Shown: positions 41,100 through 52,881 of the stretch, one piece after another
Numbering within the stretch: the stretch's first letter is position 1
Layout: every line of letters begins with the position of its first letter
Assembly: GCA_964187785.1 (NCBI GenBank)
Contig: OZ076409.1
Coordinates: 70,062,001-70,126,000, forward strand
Source of the DNA: Amphiscolops sp. MND2022
Taxonomy: Eukaryota
Reading direction: 5' to 3'
DNA length: 64,000 nucleotides
Position numbers and translations under genes: made by a program
The notes under the pieces: model-generated
What the model saw: only the letters and a program-made list of their open reading frames with translations
What the model was told of the DNA's origin: nothing
Databases searched by the model: none

Positions 41100-42290
41100 T
41101 AATGAACGTCTAAAGTCGGCGCTATATCTAAGGCTCAAAAAGCGCAGTTTTTAAAATATGCGTAAGACGTTTTCATGATAAACTCCTGTTTTCGAACCTC
41201 CGCCTCCTCCTTACTGAAATGCAATGTAGTTCGATTATAGCGCTTCACTCCGGATATTACGAGGGGGACTTCAATAAAATCGAAGGGGGATAAAATGTAA
41301 CGGCAAGCTGTTATCGGTCGCTTAACACGTTAACAGAGGTGGAGGAACCTGCAGGAATGGGGGAATCGCTCGGGACAGGCGCCCATCGCCACAGATCCAT
41401 TTTGCCTCCAGGGGTGAAATACGTCCCGGGGCCGCGGGTGCTTCGACGAATACTGTCCAACCGGTCCTAGTCTTTAATTGCTAATAGTAACGGGCATCTT
41501 TCTGACTCTCTAAAGACCACCGCTTAACTAGCATATAAAAACAATGCCAAGAATAAGGTAAATTTCCAGTTCCAGGGTGACATGTGAATAAGATCTAAAA
41601 TTGGGGATTAAGATCTAAACTAGCGCTAGCGCTACTGAATACAGCCAAAATCACTGAAAATACATGAAAACAGGAACGAATATGGCAAACCACACAGCTA
41701 AAAAGCTGGGGCGCAGGGGCTCCAAGCACCAAACAAGGATCTTTAGGCGAAAAGACTCATTTTTACGGTTTCCGCTACATAGGGTAGCATAATGCTGAAA
41801 ATCGATAAAACCGGTGTTAGCACCTCAAAAAGAGTCTATTTTCGGATGTTCTTGCCGTCTCTGGCTTCTTTCATGGCGGCGCGCCCGTGTTTTTGCTCGT
41901 TCTTGCTCTTTGTTGTCGAAGTACCTGCCAATTTCGTGGAAACAGCGAAAAGAGCAATCACATGCTCAGTGCCACGTCACACATCGGATTAGAATTTTTG
42001 ACAAAATTTCTGAACATGTCAAAGTTGCAAAATCGGTTGATATTGCTGTACCAGAGCTTGCCGTTACAAAAAGTCTTAGCGCTGGAAAGAAATTGGAAGG
42101 GCTCGTCCGGTTTTGCATATTACGTTTATAAAGTAAAAATGAAAGGGGGACCCTTTGCACTAAGTTTTCGCTGGCCGGACTTGGCCTCAGTAGTTTTAGT
42201 AGGTTCTGTAAAACGTGGACCGATCAGTGTGAGGTCTGTGGTCTGGAGAAAAAAGGCACTTTTTCTTTCAAAGGGAAATGCGCCGACTAA
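41100..42290 (-). mobile_element. HINE/DINE-like family A copy interrupted by an LTR fragment
   Basis: GAACGTCTAAAGTCGGCGCTATATCTAAGGCTC at 41104; GCGCCGACTAAAAA at 42280. Confidence 0.6.
41282..41779 (+). mobile_element. PPT plus 3' LTR remnant (LTR 41296-41779)
   Basis: GAAGGGGGATAAAA then TGTAACGG...CCGCTACA inverted termini; GC-rich relative to flanks. Confidence 0.55.
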
Positions 42291-42411
42291 AAACATTTGA
42301 CTTCCCAGCGTGGTACTACGAGAAGTACCGATGTGTCGTATCGATGTCAAACATCACATATTAAATGTGGGCCACGTGGAGGCAGAGCCCATTCTTGACG
42401 TGCCAGGACTA

Positions 42412-42556
42412 TCTTACACCAAGCAAGCTTTTGACGCAGTCGTACAATTGTCACGTGACAAAGTACAGTCGAATTCACCTAAGTTACACTAAGCAAGCTT
42501 TTGGCGCAGTCGTACGATTGTCATCAGGTGACAAAGTACAGTCAAATTCACTTAAT
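42412..42556 (+). repeat. Tandem duplication of ~71 bp
   Basis: TTACAC(C/T)AAGCAAGCTTTTG(A/G)CGCAGTCGTAC...GTGACAAAGTACAGTC twice. Confidence 0.85.
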
Positions 42557-42839
42557 TTAACAACGTTATTTTACAGTGCGTATAAAATCTGTGAAATCCA
42601 ATACCACGTTACGTCATAGCTGTAAATGGCATCGATTTAATTCAGCAGCTCTAAAGTTGCACTCCGCCTAAATTCTACTTCTATCTACAGTCCTGTTCGT
42701 CAATTCGCTGTCATAACTTCACAAAAAAACTCAATTTCCCCAAAACAAGGGAAGAAGTCCCGGAGCGTCAGCAAACAGTTGAAAATGAAAATTTGGACTC
42801 AGGTAGAAAAATTGTTCACCGTGTATTGTGTATCGGATA

Positions 42840-44298
42840 CTCAGGTTGACCATTATGGGTAATTCATGGATATTCATCCATGATCATGGATTTTCAACAC
42901 ATTGCATACTTATTCATAAAAAAACATCGATGATCTATGGCAGAGTGACGCTTCATGGGTTTTCATCCATGATTGTCATCCATGATTCATCCATGATTTG
43001 CAATGTTGAAAAAGTCGTTCATATTAGGCAAAATTTTCTGTGCTTGTCGGTTCTCATAAAATGGAGGTTTATTTGTTGTTTATTGTCGTTTATTGCAATT
43101 AATGGAATTTCAGGGTTACCATACCCATGTTGAGCACTCCCTGCGAATCTGTACAGATATGTACAGATCCTGACAGATCTTCCCGGATTTTTCGAAAATT
43201 AACTAGTCAAAAAAACAGTTTAGAAATTGAAATTAGTTGAATAAAAAGTGCTCTACAAGATACACACGCCTCCTAGTTAAAGTTTTGAAAAAAGTTCCTG
43301 TGCGAAGCTGCACAGATCTGTACAGATCCTGACAGATATTCCAGGATTGGTGGTAATATTTACCATACAAAAATGACCAATAAATTACTAGAACGTATTC
43401 CAAGTTTCCAGCAATTACTAAAACTACTCCAACTAACCATGTTCCCGAAATATTACAACCACAGGACTTTATCAACTCAACACCTCTACCAACCCCGAAG
43501 GTTGCCACATGTCAAATTTCATCCGTCAAAACGAAGGCAATGTGGCAAACGAGCCTCTCAAAGTTGAAAAACAACTTCTGGAAAGTTCAAGTGAAATAGA
43601 TAAATCACCGTGTATAACCAACACCGAACATTCCCCAGACACCAAAATAACCGAGATGGGGAGAAGTTTTCCTGCTCAAGAATTTTGAGTGATGGAGATT
43701 TTCAACTGACTGAGCCTTGGTCAGCAAAAATACTTGAAGAAGCCCAAAAATGCAATACATTGTTTCCCAGAAGCTCCGCGAAAAAATTTGTACGGAAAAT
43801 CCTTGAACATCCTTAAAGATCCTTGCAGATCTGCAGTTGTCCTTACGTAGCAGTGGCACGATCTTTACAGATCCTCAAGGAAAAAAGGCTCACAGATCTG
43901 TACAGGTTCTCAAGGAAATCTCAACATGGGTAATGAGCCGGGTAGCATTAAGGGCGCTTTTCGGCATCGCGCATCCTGAAGCTGCAAGATAGGTAGGATT
44001 TTCGCTTTTTGTAGGGCATTTTTGTTAACTTCCCAATCAAAAACTTGGTATTATGGCCTCATTATTTTCAACATTCATCGTATCTAGTGTATTCAGTTTA
44101 ACAGCGTGTTCAAAAACTGGACCTTCGCATTAATTTGCATCGATGATCATTCTCGGCATCGTGGATTTTCATCCATGATTCATGGGTTTTCATCCATGAA
44201 TCATGGATATCTTTCCAAGATCACGGAATAATTCATGACACAGTGATCCATGGATCATGGATGAATATCCATGAATTAGCGAAAGTGGTTAACCTGGG
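42840..44298. mobile_element. TA-flanked MITE with TCATGGA/TCCATGA subterminal repeats
   Basis: TA|CTCAGGTTGACCA..TAATTCATGGATATTCATCCATGATC vs GATCATGGATGAATATCCATGAATTA..TGGTTAACCTGGG|TA. Confidence 0.8.
43124..43930. mobile_element. TA-flanked MITE nested in the previous MITE
   Basis: TA|CCCATGTTGAG ... CTCAACATGGG|TA; CAGATC(T/C) subterminal repeats. Confidence 0.85.
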
Positions 44299-47149
44299 TA
44301 TTATCGAAATTATTATTATAACGTAATCAGCTATATTCACATACCACTAGTGCCCTAAATGCAGGAGCAGAGCGACGTGGATTGACGTGCACCACTAACC
44401 CAGTTGCTGATTTCGATGAAGGCCGACCTGCAGGGGCGCAAAACGCCCCGGAAGGAGGAAGGCCGAGTCATACAACCAGTATTTTCTATATTGGCTGATA
44501 TAACACTAAAATGCAGTAAATTGATTCTGCTGTTTGAAACCTATTACCTAAATTCAGCTGATTGAATAGTCACCAAAGCAGAAGATAGTTGCTGTAAGCT
44601 GCTAAGCGTTAACGATACCGCCAAATGACAAACAGTACGTATCACCAGCTTCAAGTGACACAGGAATTAGGTATTTGATTGTTGAATGACTGCACTGTTA
44701 CCGATTTCTTTACCAGATTGAAATGAGATTAGCGAAGTGTAGGCAAAGCGAAGCCTTTTGCGACGATTCGCACTGAAATTTGAACGGACTGGCTAGATTT
44801 TTAAAAAAATTCCCGTCTGAACGTGTGACATCCATCTTCGTTTTTCTTGGAAGCGTTATATCGCGAAGCGCATTAATCGGAGCGTTATATTGTTTTGAAA
44901 AAAAAATCCGCAAGGTCGCAATTGACTAGGTGTAAGTTTTGATTGTCGTCAGGAAATTTTTCGATAGTTTTCTGTGACGGAAACTTGAAAAGATTGACTT
45001 GACGGAAATAATTTTGAGAGGACAAGTTTTGTTTCTAGTCGAATTAGGCCCTTCAACTTTAGCAAATTAGCGAACGTTATATGAATTGAAAGAACAAGAA
45101 GCTCTGCGAATTTTCATGTAACTTGTATTTCGAGAAAATTTTCCGTGAAGGTAAGAATTGGCTGTTAATTTTCGCAAAATTTCTTCGAAATGTTTTCTGA
45201 GAGAAATTAATACTCCAGTAAGGCTTTTTCTCTCGAGAGTTATGAAAAGCAATCCTTTGGAGGATTATGCAGTAATATTATAGCAGATGATATAAAGTAG
45301 AATGTAGTTATTCAATCGCAAGATATACCTTGAAAAGCAAAGTAAATTTCCGCCGACGTGAAAAGAGCCCACGTCTAATTTAGGACTGAAACCATAAGTT
45401 TGAACGGAAAACTTGAGGGAAATTTCGTCGCCTGTGTCAAAACCTGCTGTTCTCGAAGTCGACCAATCGTCATGGATTGGCAAGGTTCTAAACATGCAAG
45501 AAGAATTTTTTAAAACGAGCACTGGTAAGATTGATGAATCGTGAGACAGAAAACTTTCATTAGTGGTCTCAGTTGTGGATCGACCAGTTTTCTTGTTAGT
45601 TAGTTATTGACCGGAGTGTTTCATAAAAGTTTTAACATTTTTCTATTCATAGAGAACAGTGGGATTTTTATTCGCCTAATTGTTTTCGGAGAGCGGAAAG
45701 AACAAAACTTGGTGTGAAACCTTGTAGCAATTAGAGTCAGCGATTTTATCCACAAATGCAGATCCTTATCTTGCTAGAGTCTAGATACATACTCTCTTCA
45801 AACTTCTCTCTAGTGCAGATACTAATATATATCTTAAAATTCCACAGCATTATGCCCTTGCTTTAGCATTTTCATATGTCAGCTCAGTACATGAAGTGAA
45901 AAGAGAATTTTTCAATTACATTACGAATCAAAATTGAGTATTTACTGATCAGCGGAATCTGTAGATATGTTGATTTTGGTGGGCAAAAATATGCCGTGAA
46001 ATTTGGAAATCCCAAAGGTACCATCGGAAAATCAATATGGACAAAGAGTACATCGGTAGAAACAGAGGAAAGGAGAGAAAAAGGGATTATTGTGTATATT
46101 TTACGCCTCCCTCGAAATTAGAAATTAGCGCCAACAAGGCAACCTCATACATGTACTTATATCAACAGAGATGCGTCCTTGAAGTGTGACTTGAAAAATA
46201 CAAGACTTACATTTGTATCGAGCAAAATGGGGAAGCTGTTTTTCGTCCCCTCGGCTTTGCTTGCAATTATTTTGTGGTGCTGTGCCAGTGGACCTTGTGT
46301 TATACTTTCCTGTCGGTATGATTTCGCCAACTCTTTGAAAACATCTCATAATTTTTTTACACTTCGAATGGGTCGCTGGGTGACATTGTTTTTTCAACAC
46401 CTCATATATTAAAACTATACCATAATTTTTACGGAGCCAGACATGACAAAAACGACAACGAGCCGAAGGAATAGAATTTGGGGATAGTTCTTGAAAAAAA
46501 TTGAAAAAAATAAGGTTGATAAAAACTTGGGAATTCTACTGCATTTTCCAGTATCTCCTCATAAAACGATATCTTATTGCGGAAAAGTTAGTCAATAATA
46601 GTTCCGTAACCCTCTCTCAAGTGGTTAAAGATGACACGCGCATCCTAGAATCCGTGATCTCATTAGCACATATATATGAATTCATATCTGATACTTCCCC
46701 AAAATGCGCCGCCCCTGTTTTTGTCACGTGATATTACTCCCTCCCAATCGGAACAAAAGGGCGGAATTTTAATTTGTTGTCAAACATAGAGAAATTAATT
46801 GGAGACCTAAACCAACAAAGATTTAACCAATTGGAAGAAAATGCATCATTTTGTATTCTGTAAACGGTATCGTGTTGTTCAAGTAACCAAGAAAAGGAAG
46901 CGGAACGAATTCGGACTTGATATTTGTTGTGGCACTCATATATGCATATGGGCTCTATCTAATTCACTGTTGTAGAGCATAGCTAAATGTTGACAGCGAT
47001 TTCGACATCTGACGATATTTTGGATATAAAAAACTTCACATTATTCAAAAAGAATGCAGATTGAGTGCATATTTTCGAGGCACTTTCGACCGTTCATATA
47101 AAAAAAGACGAGGTAGAAAACAAAAGAAAAAAGTTTAATTTCTTCAATT

Positions 47150-48130
47150 TCATCGAATGATGAAGTGTATGTTCATTGACAATGTCTCATAATATGTAGG
47201 GGAATATTTGAAAATATTACTGTCGCAATCTTGTTCTGTGGTCTGGGAGTCCGTTGAGATCTCCCTATTCAAACCTCTATGACTGCTGAATCTCTTATCT
47301 GCTTTCATGCTGTTTTGTTGGTCCTGTGGGCCTAAATGCTCTCCTGAGCTGTTATCCGGTCTGATGGACCTGTGGGCCAATACACCGCTATAACCTTTAG
47401 AGCCTTTGTCCGGTCCTGGGGACCTGTACTCCGTTTGACCATACTGTTCTCCTGAATTGTCGTTTGGTCTATTGGACTGGTGGTCCGTCTGGCCTGAGCA
47501 GACTCTAAGGCCTTTATTTAGTCCTCTGGACCGGTGGGTCGTGTAACAAGATTGATCTCTACGGCCCTTGTTATTTAGTCCATTGGACCAGTGGTCCACA
47601 CTATTGGAATATTCTCTGAGGCCCTCAATAAGTCCTTGGGACTGGTGGTCCATATGGCCAAAGTGATCTTCGGGGCTCCTGTTTAGCCTACCGGACTGTG
47701 GGTCCCTAATTGCGTTTGACTCCGAATTTTGAACTCCTAGTACGTTTTGAAAGCTTGGTGGTACCTTTTCAGTAATTGCTGAGTTGATAACTTCCAAAAT
47801 TTGTGTATTCAAATCACTTCTCATTTCATCTAGTTTCCTTGTCACCTGGGACGTGATTTCATTGTTTATCAGCCTTGCGGTTTCAATGGTAATTTCGCCA
47901 TTTTCTCTAATATTGGTATTAGTCAGTGACCTGAAGTCTTCACTAATAGGATTTGCAGTTTGAATACCATTAGACTCAAGGTCTAACTCAGTCTCTCTTT
48001 CTCCTAACTGACTATCTAACTCATTTCTGGAGTAGTTTCCTAACATTATATCTACATTCTCTAAGTCGGACATCACGTCCGATTGTCTTGACCTTTTCTC
48101 CCTAGCTTTTTGCTTTCTCGTCGAAGGCAT
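47150..48130 (-). CDS. Open 326-aa ORF, probably the N-terminal part of a retroelement gag/ORF1; about 303 codons inside the element, stop supplied by flanking DNA
   Basis: MPSTRKQKAREKRSRQSDVMSD basic start; coiled-coil TSQVTRKLDEMRSDLNTQIL; seven ~18-aa repeats; reading frame crosses the element end at 47221. Confidence 0.55.
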   Translation of the reverse strand: MPSTRKQKAREKRSRQSDVMSDLENVDIMLGNYSRNELDSQLGERETELDLESNGIQTANPISEDFRSLTNTNIRENGEITIETARLINNEITSQVTRKLDEMRSDLNTQILEVINSAITEKVPPSFQNVLGVQNSESNAIRDPQSGRLNRSPEDHFGHMDHQSQGLIEGLREYSNSVDHWSNGLNNKGRRDQSCYTTHRSRGLNKGLRVCSGQTDHQSNRPNDNSGEQYGQTEYRSPGPDKGSKGYSGVLAHRSIRPDNSSGEHLGPQDQQNSMKADKRFSSHRGLNREISTDSQTTEQDCDSNIFKYSPTYYETLSMNIHFIIR

Positions 48131-49060
48131 TTGAAAAATTTCTTGCTCGGAAAAGAGTGTATTGAGCTTTTATCAGTTAACTAAACTTGAACTGAAAGAA
48201 AACGAAAAGAACAGGACAATAACAAAGACTGATCAATGAGCAACAATTTGTGATTTCTGGTTTGTATCGTTGTATTCGAAAGTTGTGTTACTTGGACAAG
48301 GAGGATCAGCTATTTATACTAAATGGTGCATGACAAGCATAATATCAGTGGTCATAGCAACTAAACTGGGTCAAAATGACCCTAGGTCCTGACGTCAACA
48401 TTGCGTCACTATTGGATCATATATAAAAAAAAACATCGTTTGGGTTATGGGTCTATGAATGGGAGAATGAGATATGGACTGACAGGCGGTCTGCCTTTCA
48501 AGTCACGTTGTGCGTAGCTTGAAAGTTTAGCGCTTGTTTGCACAGTACGCTTATGTAAATATTACGTCATTGCGGACCGGCGGACCGGTGGTCCTTCCGT
48601 CTAAAGATCGTTAGCAGCTACAGCCAGCACTGCGGACTGGTAGTCCGTTTGACTAAATACTACATATTGAACAAGCAGACTAAGTGAATGATGAATACTA
48701 GCACGTTATTGGATAATAATCAAAATGGACTGCGCGTCGAACTGACCAAAGTGAATTTCACTTTGAACGCGTTTCCTTTATTGCATACAGCTTAATTACA
48801 TTACTTGTTTCAATTATCAATCTGATAAACATCGATCATCCTTTCCTGGTTTACATTAACACTAATATATGTTACATGTTCAATAATAGTAAACTGAAAG
48901 AATTTACATATTAAACATACTAATTCATGTCTGAAAGTTTAAGACAAAGGGACCAATGGTCCAACTGATCTCAGTGGTAGGACTCCGGGTATGTAAGACA
49001 AGTGACTGTCGTTAGGGGCCACTTGGTACTTGTTGCCGTCGCAGGCGGCAGCCTGCGACA
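47221..49060 (-). mobile_element. 1.84-kb solo-LTR-like element containing an ORF
   Basis: Termini TGTCGCA...TGCGACA; 5-bp TSD ATTAC at 47216-47220 and 49061-49065. Confidence 0.8.
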
Positions 49061-49619
49061 ATTACTATTGAACACGTGCATATTTTTTACAGCATTCAAA
49101 ATCCCGGTTAATGACTTGCATACAACGTCATATACCTTACGTACAAACTGCCTATACTGTTGACGATTTTTTTGTGAACTCTCGTTTATCAATCAAGCAG
49201 TGTTATAATATGAATCTTGACTCTTATTAGTAGGAACTGTCAAATTATGTAACTACATGAAACACTTTTTTTAACATATTTATTTAATATGATTTATGAT
49301 TCTGGAAAACAGAATCTCTGGTACCATGATTTTTAACACATTTCTGAGGAATGTGATTGACGCTGTGATGAAAAAAAAGCAACCGTAATTTTCGTGTATT
49401 TCGCAGAAATAGTCTCCTTCTTGTATCAATCAACATTTCAGATCATTATTTTTGAAAGTTACTCACCCTAACCATGCCTGTCACGCAACTAACAAACGCC
49501 GAAAAACTTGCTTTGTGCTCAATATCCGCGAACATTCCTCTTCATTAATAGGAAAACACGGCTTTTAAAAACTTTCTGAATTTTTACTGCAAGCAAAACA
49601 TTCCGAGTGTCAAAACCTT

Positions 49620-50671
49620 GCGTACGGTATGTATATCATCATCGTACGGTTTGAACTTACATCTTCTAATGGAGACAATTGCAGAGTTTGCTGAAGTTCC
49701 AAAACTCGAAGCTGAAGTTTACAAACAGCTAGCAAGAGTTTTCAATGACAATTGTGGGAGCGATTTAAATTATACCGAAACCTTACGTGAAATATTGAAT
49801 TTCTGGAAAGGAAACGAGACTTTGATGCCGAATTTGGGGGGTAAACTCAACACATGAAAACCCAACACAAGAAAACTCAACACAAAGTAAAAAACAGAAA
49901 ACACAAGAAAACTCAACACATTTAATTAATTTTAGTTCACACATCAATTGAGTTAATTTTCCGAAATCTAACTAATTGTTAATTACGTATTATTTCCGTT
50001 TACACTTAGTCACAATTGTGACTCATTTGAAATACATATAAAAACGTATAATTTCCTTTACACCTAGTCATGATTGTGACTTTTTCCTATATCAAACTGT
50101 TTTTCACGTTGAAACGTTGTTTACATTGGCCCAAACCATGAAACGATATGTGAAAACACGATATAAAAAGTTTAAACGCAAACACATATTTTACAAAAAT
50201 TGTTTCAAATGCATGAATTATGAGCGGTACGAAAAAGGAATATAGATGTATAATATATATCACGATTATTAAATGCTTAAAATGTGTTGAGTTTTCTTGT
50301 GTTGAGTTTTCGTGTGTTGAGTTTTCTTGTGTTGAGTTTTCTGTGTTGAGATTTCTTGTGTTGAGTTTTCTCGTAATCGAATTTGGCGGAATTAGCTTTC
50401 AAATTTGCCTTCCTAATTTCCTCTTCTGCAGGTGTGGAGAGAAGTTTCAGCAAGTTTGATAAAGTTCTGAAAGAAGATCGGAAATCACTGAACTCTGAGA
50501 CTTTAAAATGTTTGCTGTTTCTGTATTTCAACTCTGGTAAATTAAATATTTGTTGATTGATCTGTTTTAGACCCGCGAAATTTTGAATTTCTATCGCGAA
50601 ATTCGTCAAAAAATACCGCGAATCGCAACACGCAATTCGAAACAATTTACCGCGAACTTTCGTAGGGCCTG
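49620..50671 (+). mobile_element. 3' relic of a hAT element (hATC dimerisation domain plus right TIR)
   Basis: ILNFWKGNETLMPNL|AELAFKFAFLISSSAGVERSFSKFDKVLKEDRKSLNSETLKCLLFLYFN is restored once the insert is removed; ends GTAGGGCCTG after CGCGAA subterminal repeats. Confidence 0.8.
49838..50377. mobile_element. MITE with 15-bp-unit TIRs and 9-bp TSD (Mutator-like)
   Basis: AAAACTCAACACAAG arrays vs inverted GTGTTGAGTTTTCTT arrays; CGAATTTGG duplicated at 49829-49837 and 50378-50386. Confidence 0.8.
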
Positions 50672-52242
50672 GTTCTATTTCACATAATCTTTCCTTCTCT
50701 ACTAACAAGCGTGATAATCAAGCGACGGTTCAATTAGCCAGAATGAAAAGTCCTACCAAACATTTGATAGATTATTTTTTACTCAAGTTGGGTGAAACAG
50801 TTTATTGCTGCTTTCTCTACCGCAAAATTTGATACTTTAAAAACTTGAAAAAAATGTTTAGCGTAAAAGTTTAGAGCTCACGGTGTTTTGATTTTTTGGC
50901 TTTGCCATTTTTTGAATTTTTTTTTCAATTTTCAACTTGTCATGGGTGATTTTGCGAAATCTCCAAAAATGTTGCAATGATTTGCTTATAGCAGAAAAGA
51001 CCTTGCTTGCTGCTCAGGGCTCCATGAAGTCCGCGTCAAAAATCGAAATCTTGATTGTGTATTCATTGAACAATGTAAATTTACTTATCAATCGTCTACT
51101 TATCGCCGCGCGTTAGTTTGTTGACTCTCATTGTGCAAATTTTGCAAAAATGCGGAAAATTAGAGACGAGAAAGAAAAAATGAAACGCCAATTAAACGGA
51201 ACCCAATTGACAAACATCGACACTTTTTTGTCGAAAAAAATAATTGAGGAGACAAAAAGTCCGTTTTGAAGAAGAATTTCAGTTCAACCTTCAATTAAAT
51301 CGTGTAAATTGGCTTGGAAGCAAAAAACTGAGAGATTTTCGATTGATTGAAATTACTTTTCGCAATAAAGGTAAGGACTTGGTTAGCAGTGGTTGTGTAA
51401 TTTTTTTTCAAATGACTATTCTAATATGGCGCTGTTTCATTGATTGGATTTGCATGAAGGAAACGACATAAAATCTAATTTTCACTGATAATTGACCCAG
51501 AAGCAACATCGGCCTTCCGTTGCTCGAAAATAATTTTTACTCTGGCACCAAGAAATGTCATTTTAATTTAAATTATGAAATATATGAAATGACGCTTTGA
51601 TGGTGGAAAATACATTGTATGAAGTGGTCTCAAAATTTTGAAAAAAATTATTCTAATGAATTTTCCAAAATCAACTTAGAATTGCGTCTGATGTGTGAAT
51701 ATACATACAATGTGAATAAAATTATCTTTCAAAAAACGTCCACTGCATCGGATCACTTTCTCCTCTGCTAAAATTAGAAAAAATAATTTATGTCTCAAAA
51801 GTAGCCGATACATTGAGTAACAGGCACAAAAATTTCAAGAAGTTTGAAAAGTATACTAAAACGCAGATCAGATTCTCGTTCAACTTTGATGTTCATACCT
51901 ACGAAAGCAGATTTTCAGAAATTTCGTAGTCGGAAATAACGTCGTCAGAAATTCCGTCTTTGGCAAAAACGTTCTCCAATGAACGAACGTAACGGTTCGC
52001 TAATGTTTATACAATACTTAATTTTATTTCTATTAATTAAAACTTCCTGAATCAATTGAAACCTTTATTAAAATTGTGATATAAATTTTGAATTATACCT
52101 CCTGTTTCAAAGCCAGCAAAAGAATACTTGAAACCAAAAGGATACAGATCTTCCAAAAAGTTCTCTTTTTTTCTGTCCTAGATTATGGAAGTTCATCTCG
52201 GATTTTCTTTTAATCCATGACCATTGACCTCTTATTCTCTTT

Positions 52243-52558
52243 CTAAGCACTGAGGCGCTCGATTTTCCAGCCATCGCCTTGCTTCCTGTAATCGAAAACA
52301 TCGGCTTTGAACGCAACGGCGGGATCCGCAATCACGAAGTTGTATCTGTTCAGGTCAATGACAACTGTGGAGATGAAGGAAGGACAAGGTATATCTTCTT
52401 TCTTGATGTCTTTGTAGCACTCATCGATTTGTTCACGCTGTTTGTTGTAGTCCTCTAGGTCGTCGTCACATTTCGCTCCCTGCTTGCTGGAGGCCAACCA
52501 GCCCAACATTGTTGCTTTGTCCTGTTGTTGCCACAATTTCGTTTGGGTAGCGTCGTCA
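52243..52558 (-). CDS. Exon 2 of nested PNPO/PdxH-like gene
   Basis: ...LWQQQDKATMLGWLASSKQG...IPCPSFISTVVIDL...GDGWKIERLSA* matches the PNPO C-terminus (W.IERL[SA]P); phase-2 acceptor aag| gives a 212-aa product; exact acceptor uncertain. Confidence 0.75.
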
Positions 52559-52881
52559 CTTTGAGCGCGAGATCAGTTGAACGCAATTTCAAGTTTGAGT
52601 TTTGAGTTTGTAAACACAATGCATTTTAAATTTTTCTGGTTTTTTTCAGAAACCAAATTTTTGTTTTTAACAGTGATATATACGTCTTTTCATCCACAGA
52701 TTACCTGTAATGTAGAGAAGAACCCTATGTAGGTTTTGAAACGTATATCGGAACGTACGTCGCTAGTTTTACTCGAAAAAAAAATTTGACATAATAGTCG
52801 AACCGGCCTACTTTAGCGAAGTTACAAATTCAATAAACTGCATGGGTTATCAAAATTTTATTCAACAGATTTCTAGCTGAC

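Noticed and set aside
45046..45060. TAGGCCCT as left TIR partner of the hAT end at 50671
   Set aside because: No matching 8-bp TSD and no transposase trace linking the two ends
46227..46412. Short ORF with a signal-peptide-like start (MGKLFFVPSALLAIILWCC)
   Set aside because: No recognisable domain or convincing splice continuation; downstream frames contain stops
49845..50370. Short repeat arrays resembling CRISPR
   Set aside because: No unique spacers, inverted arrangement, eukaryotic context and no cas genes
50220..50708. ORFs with VEFSC and RKLNT repeats
   Set aside because: Translation of the 15-bp TIR units of a MITE, not a protein
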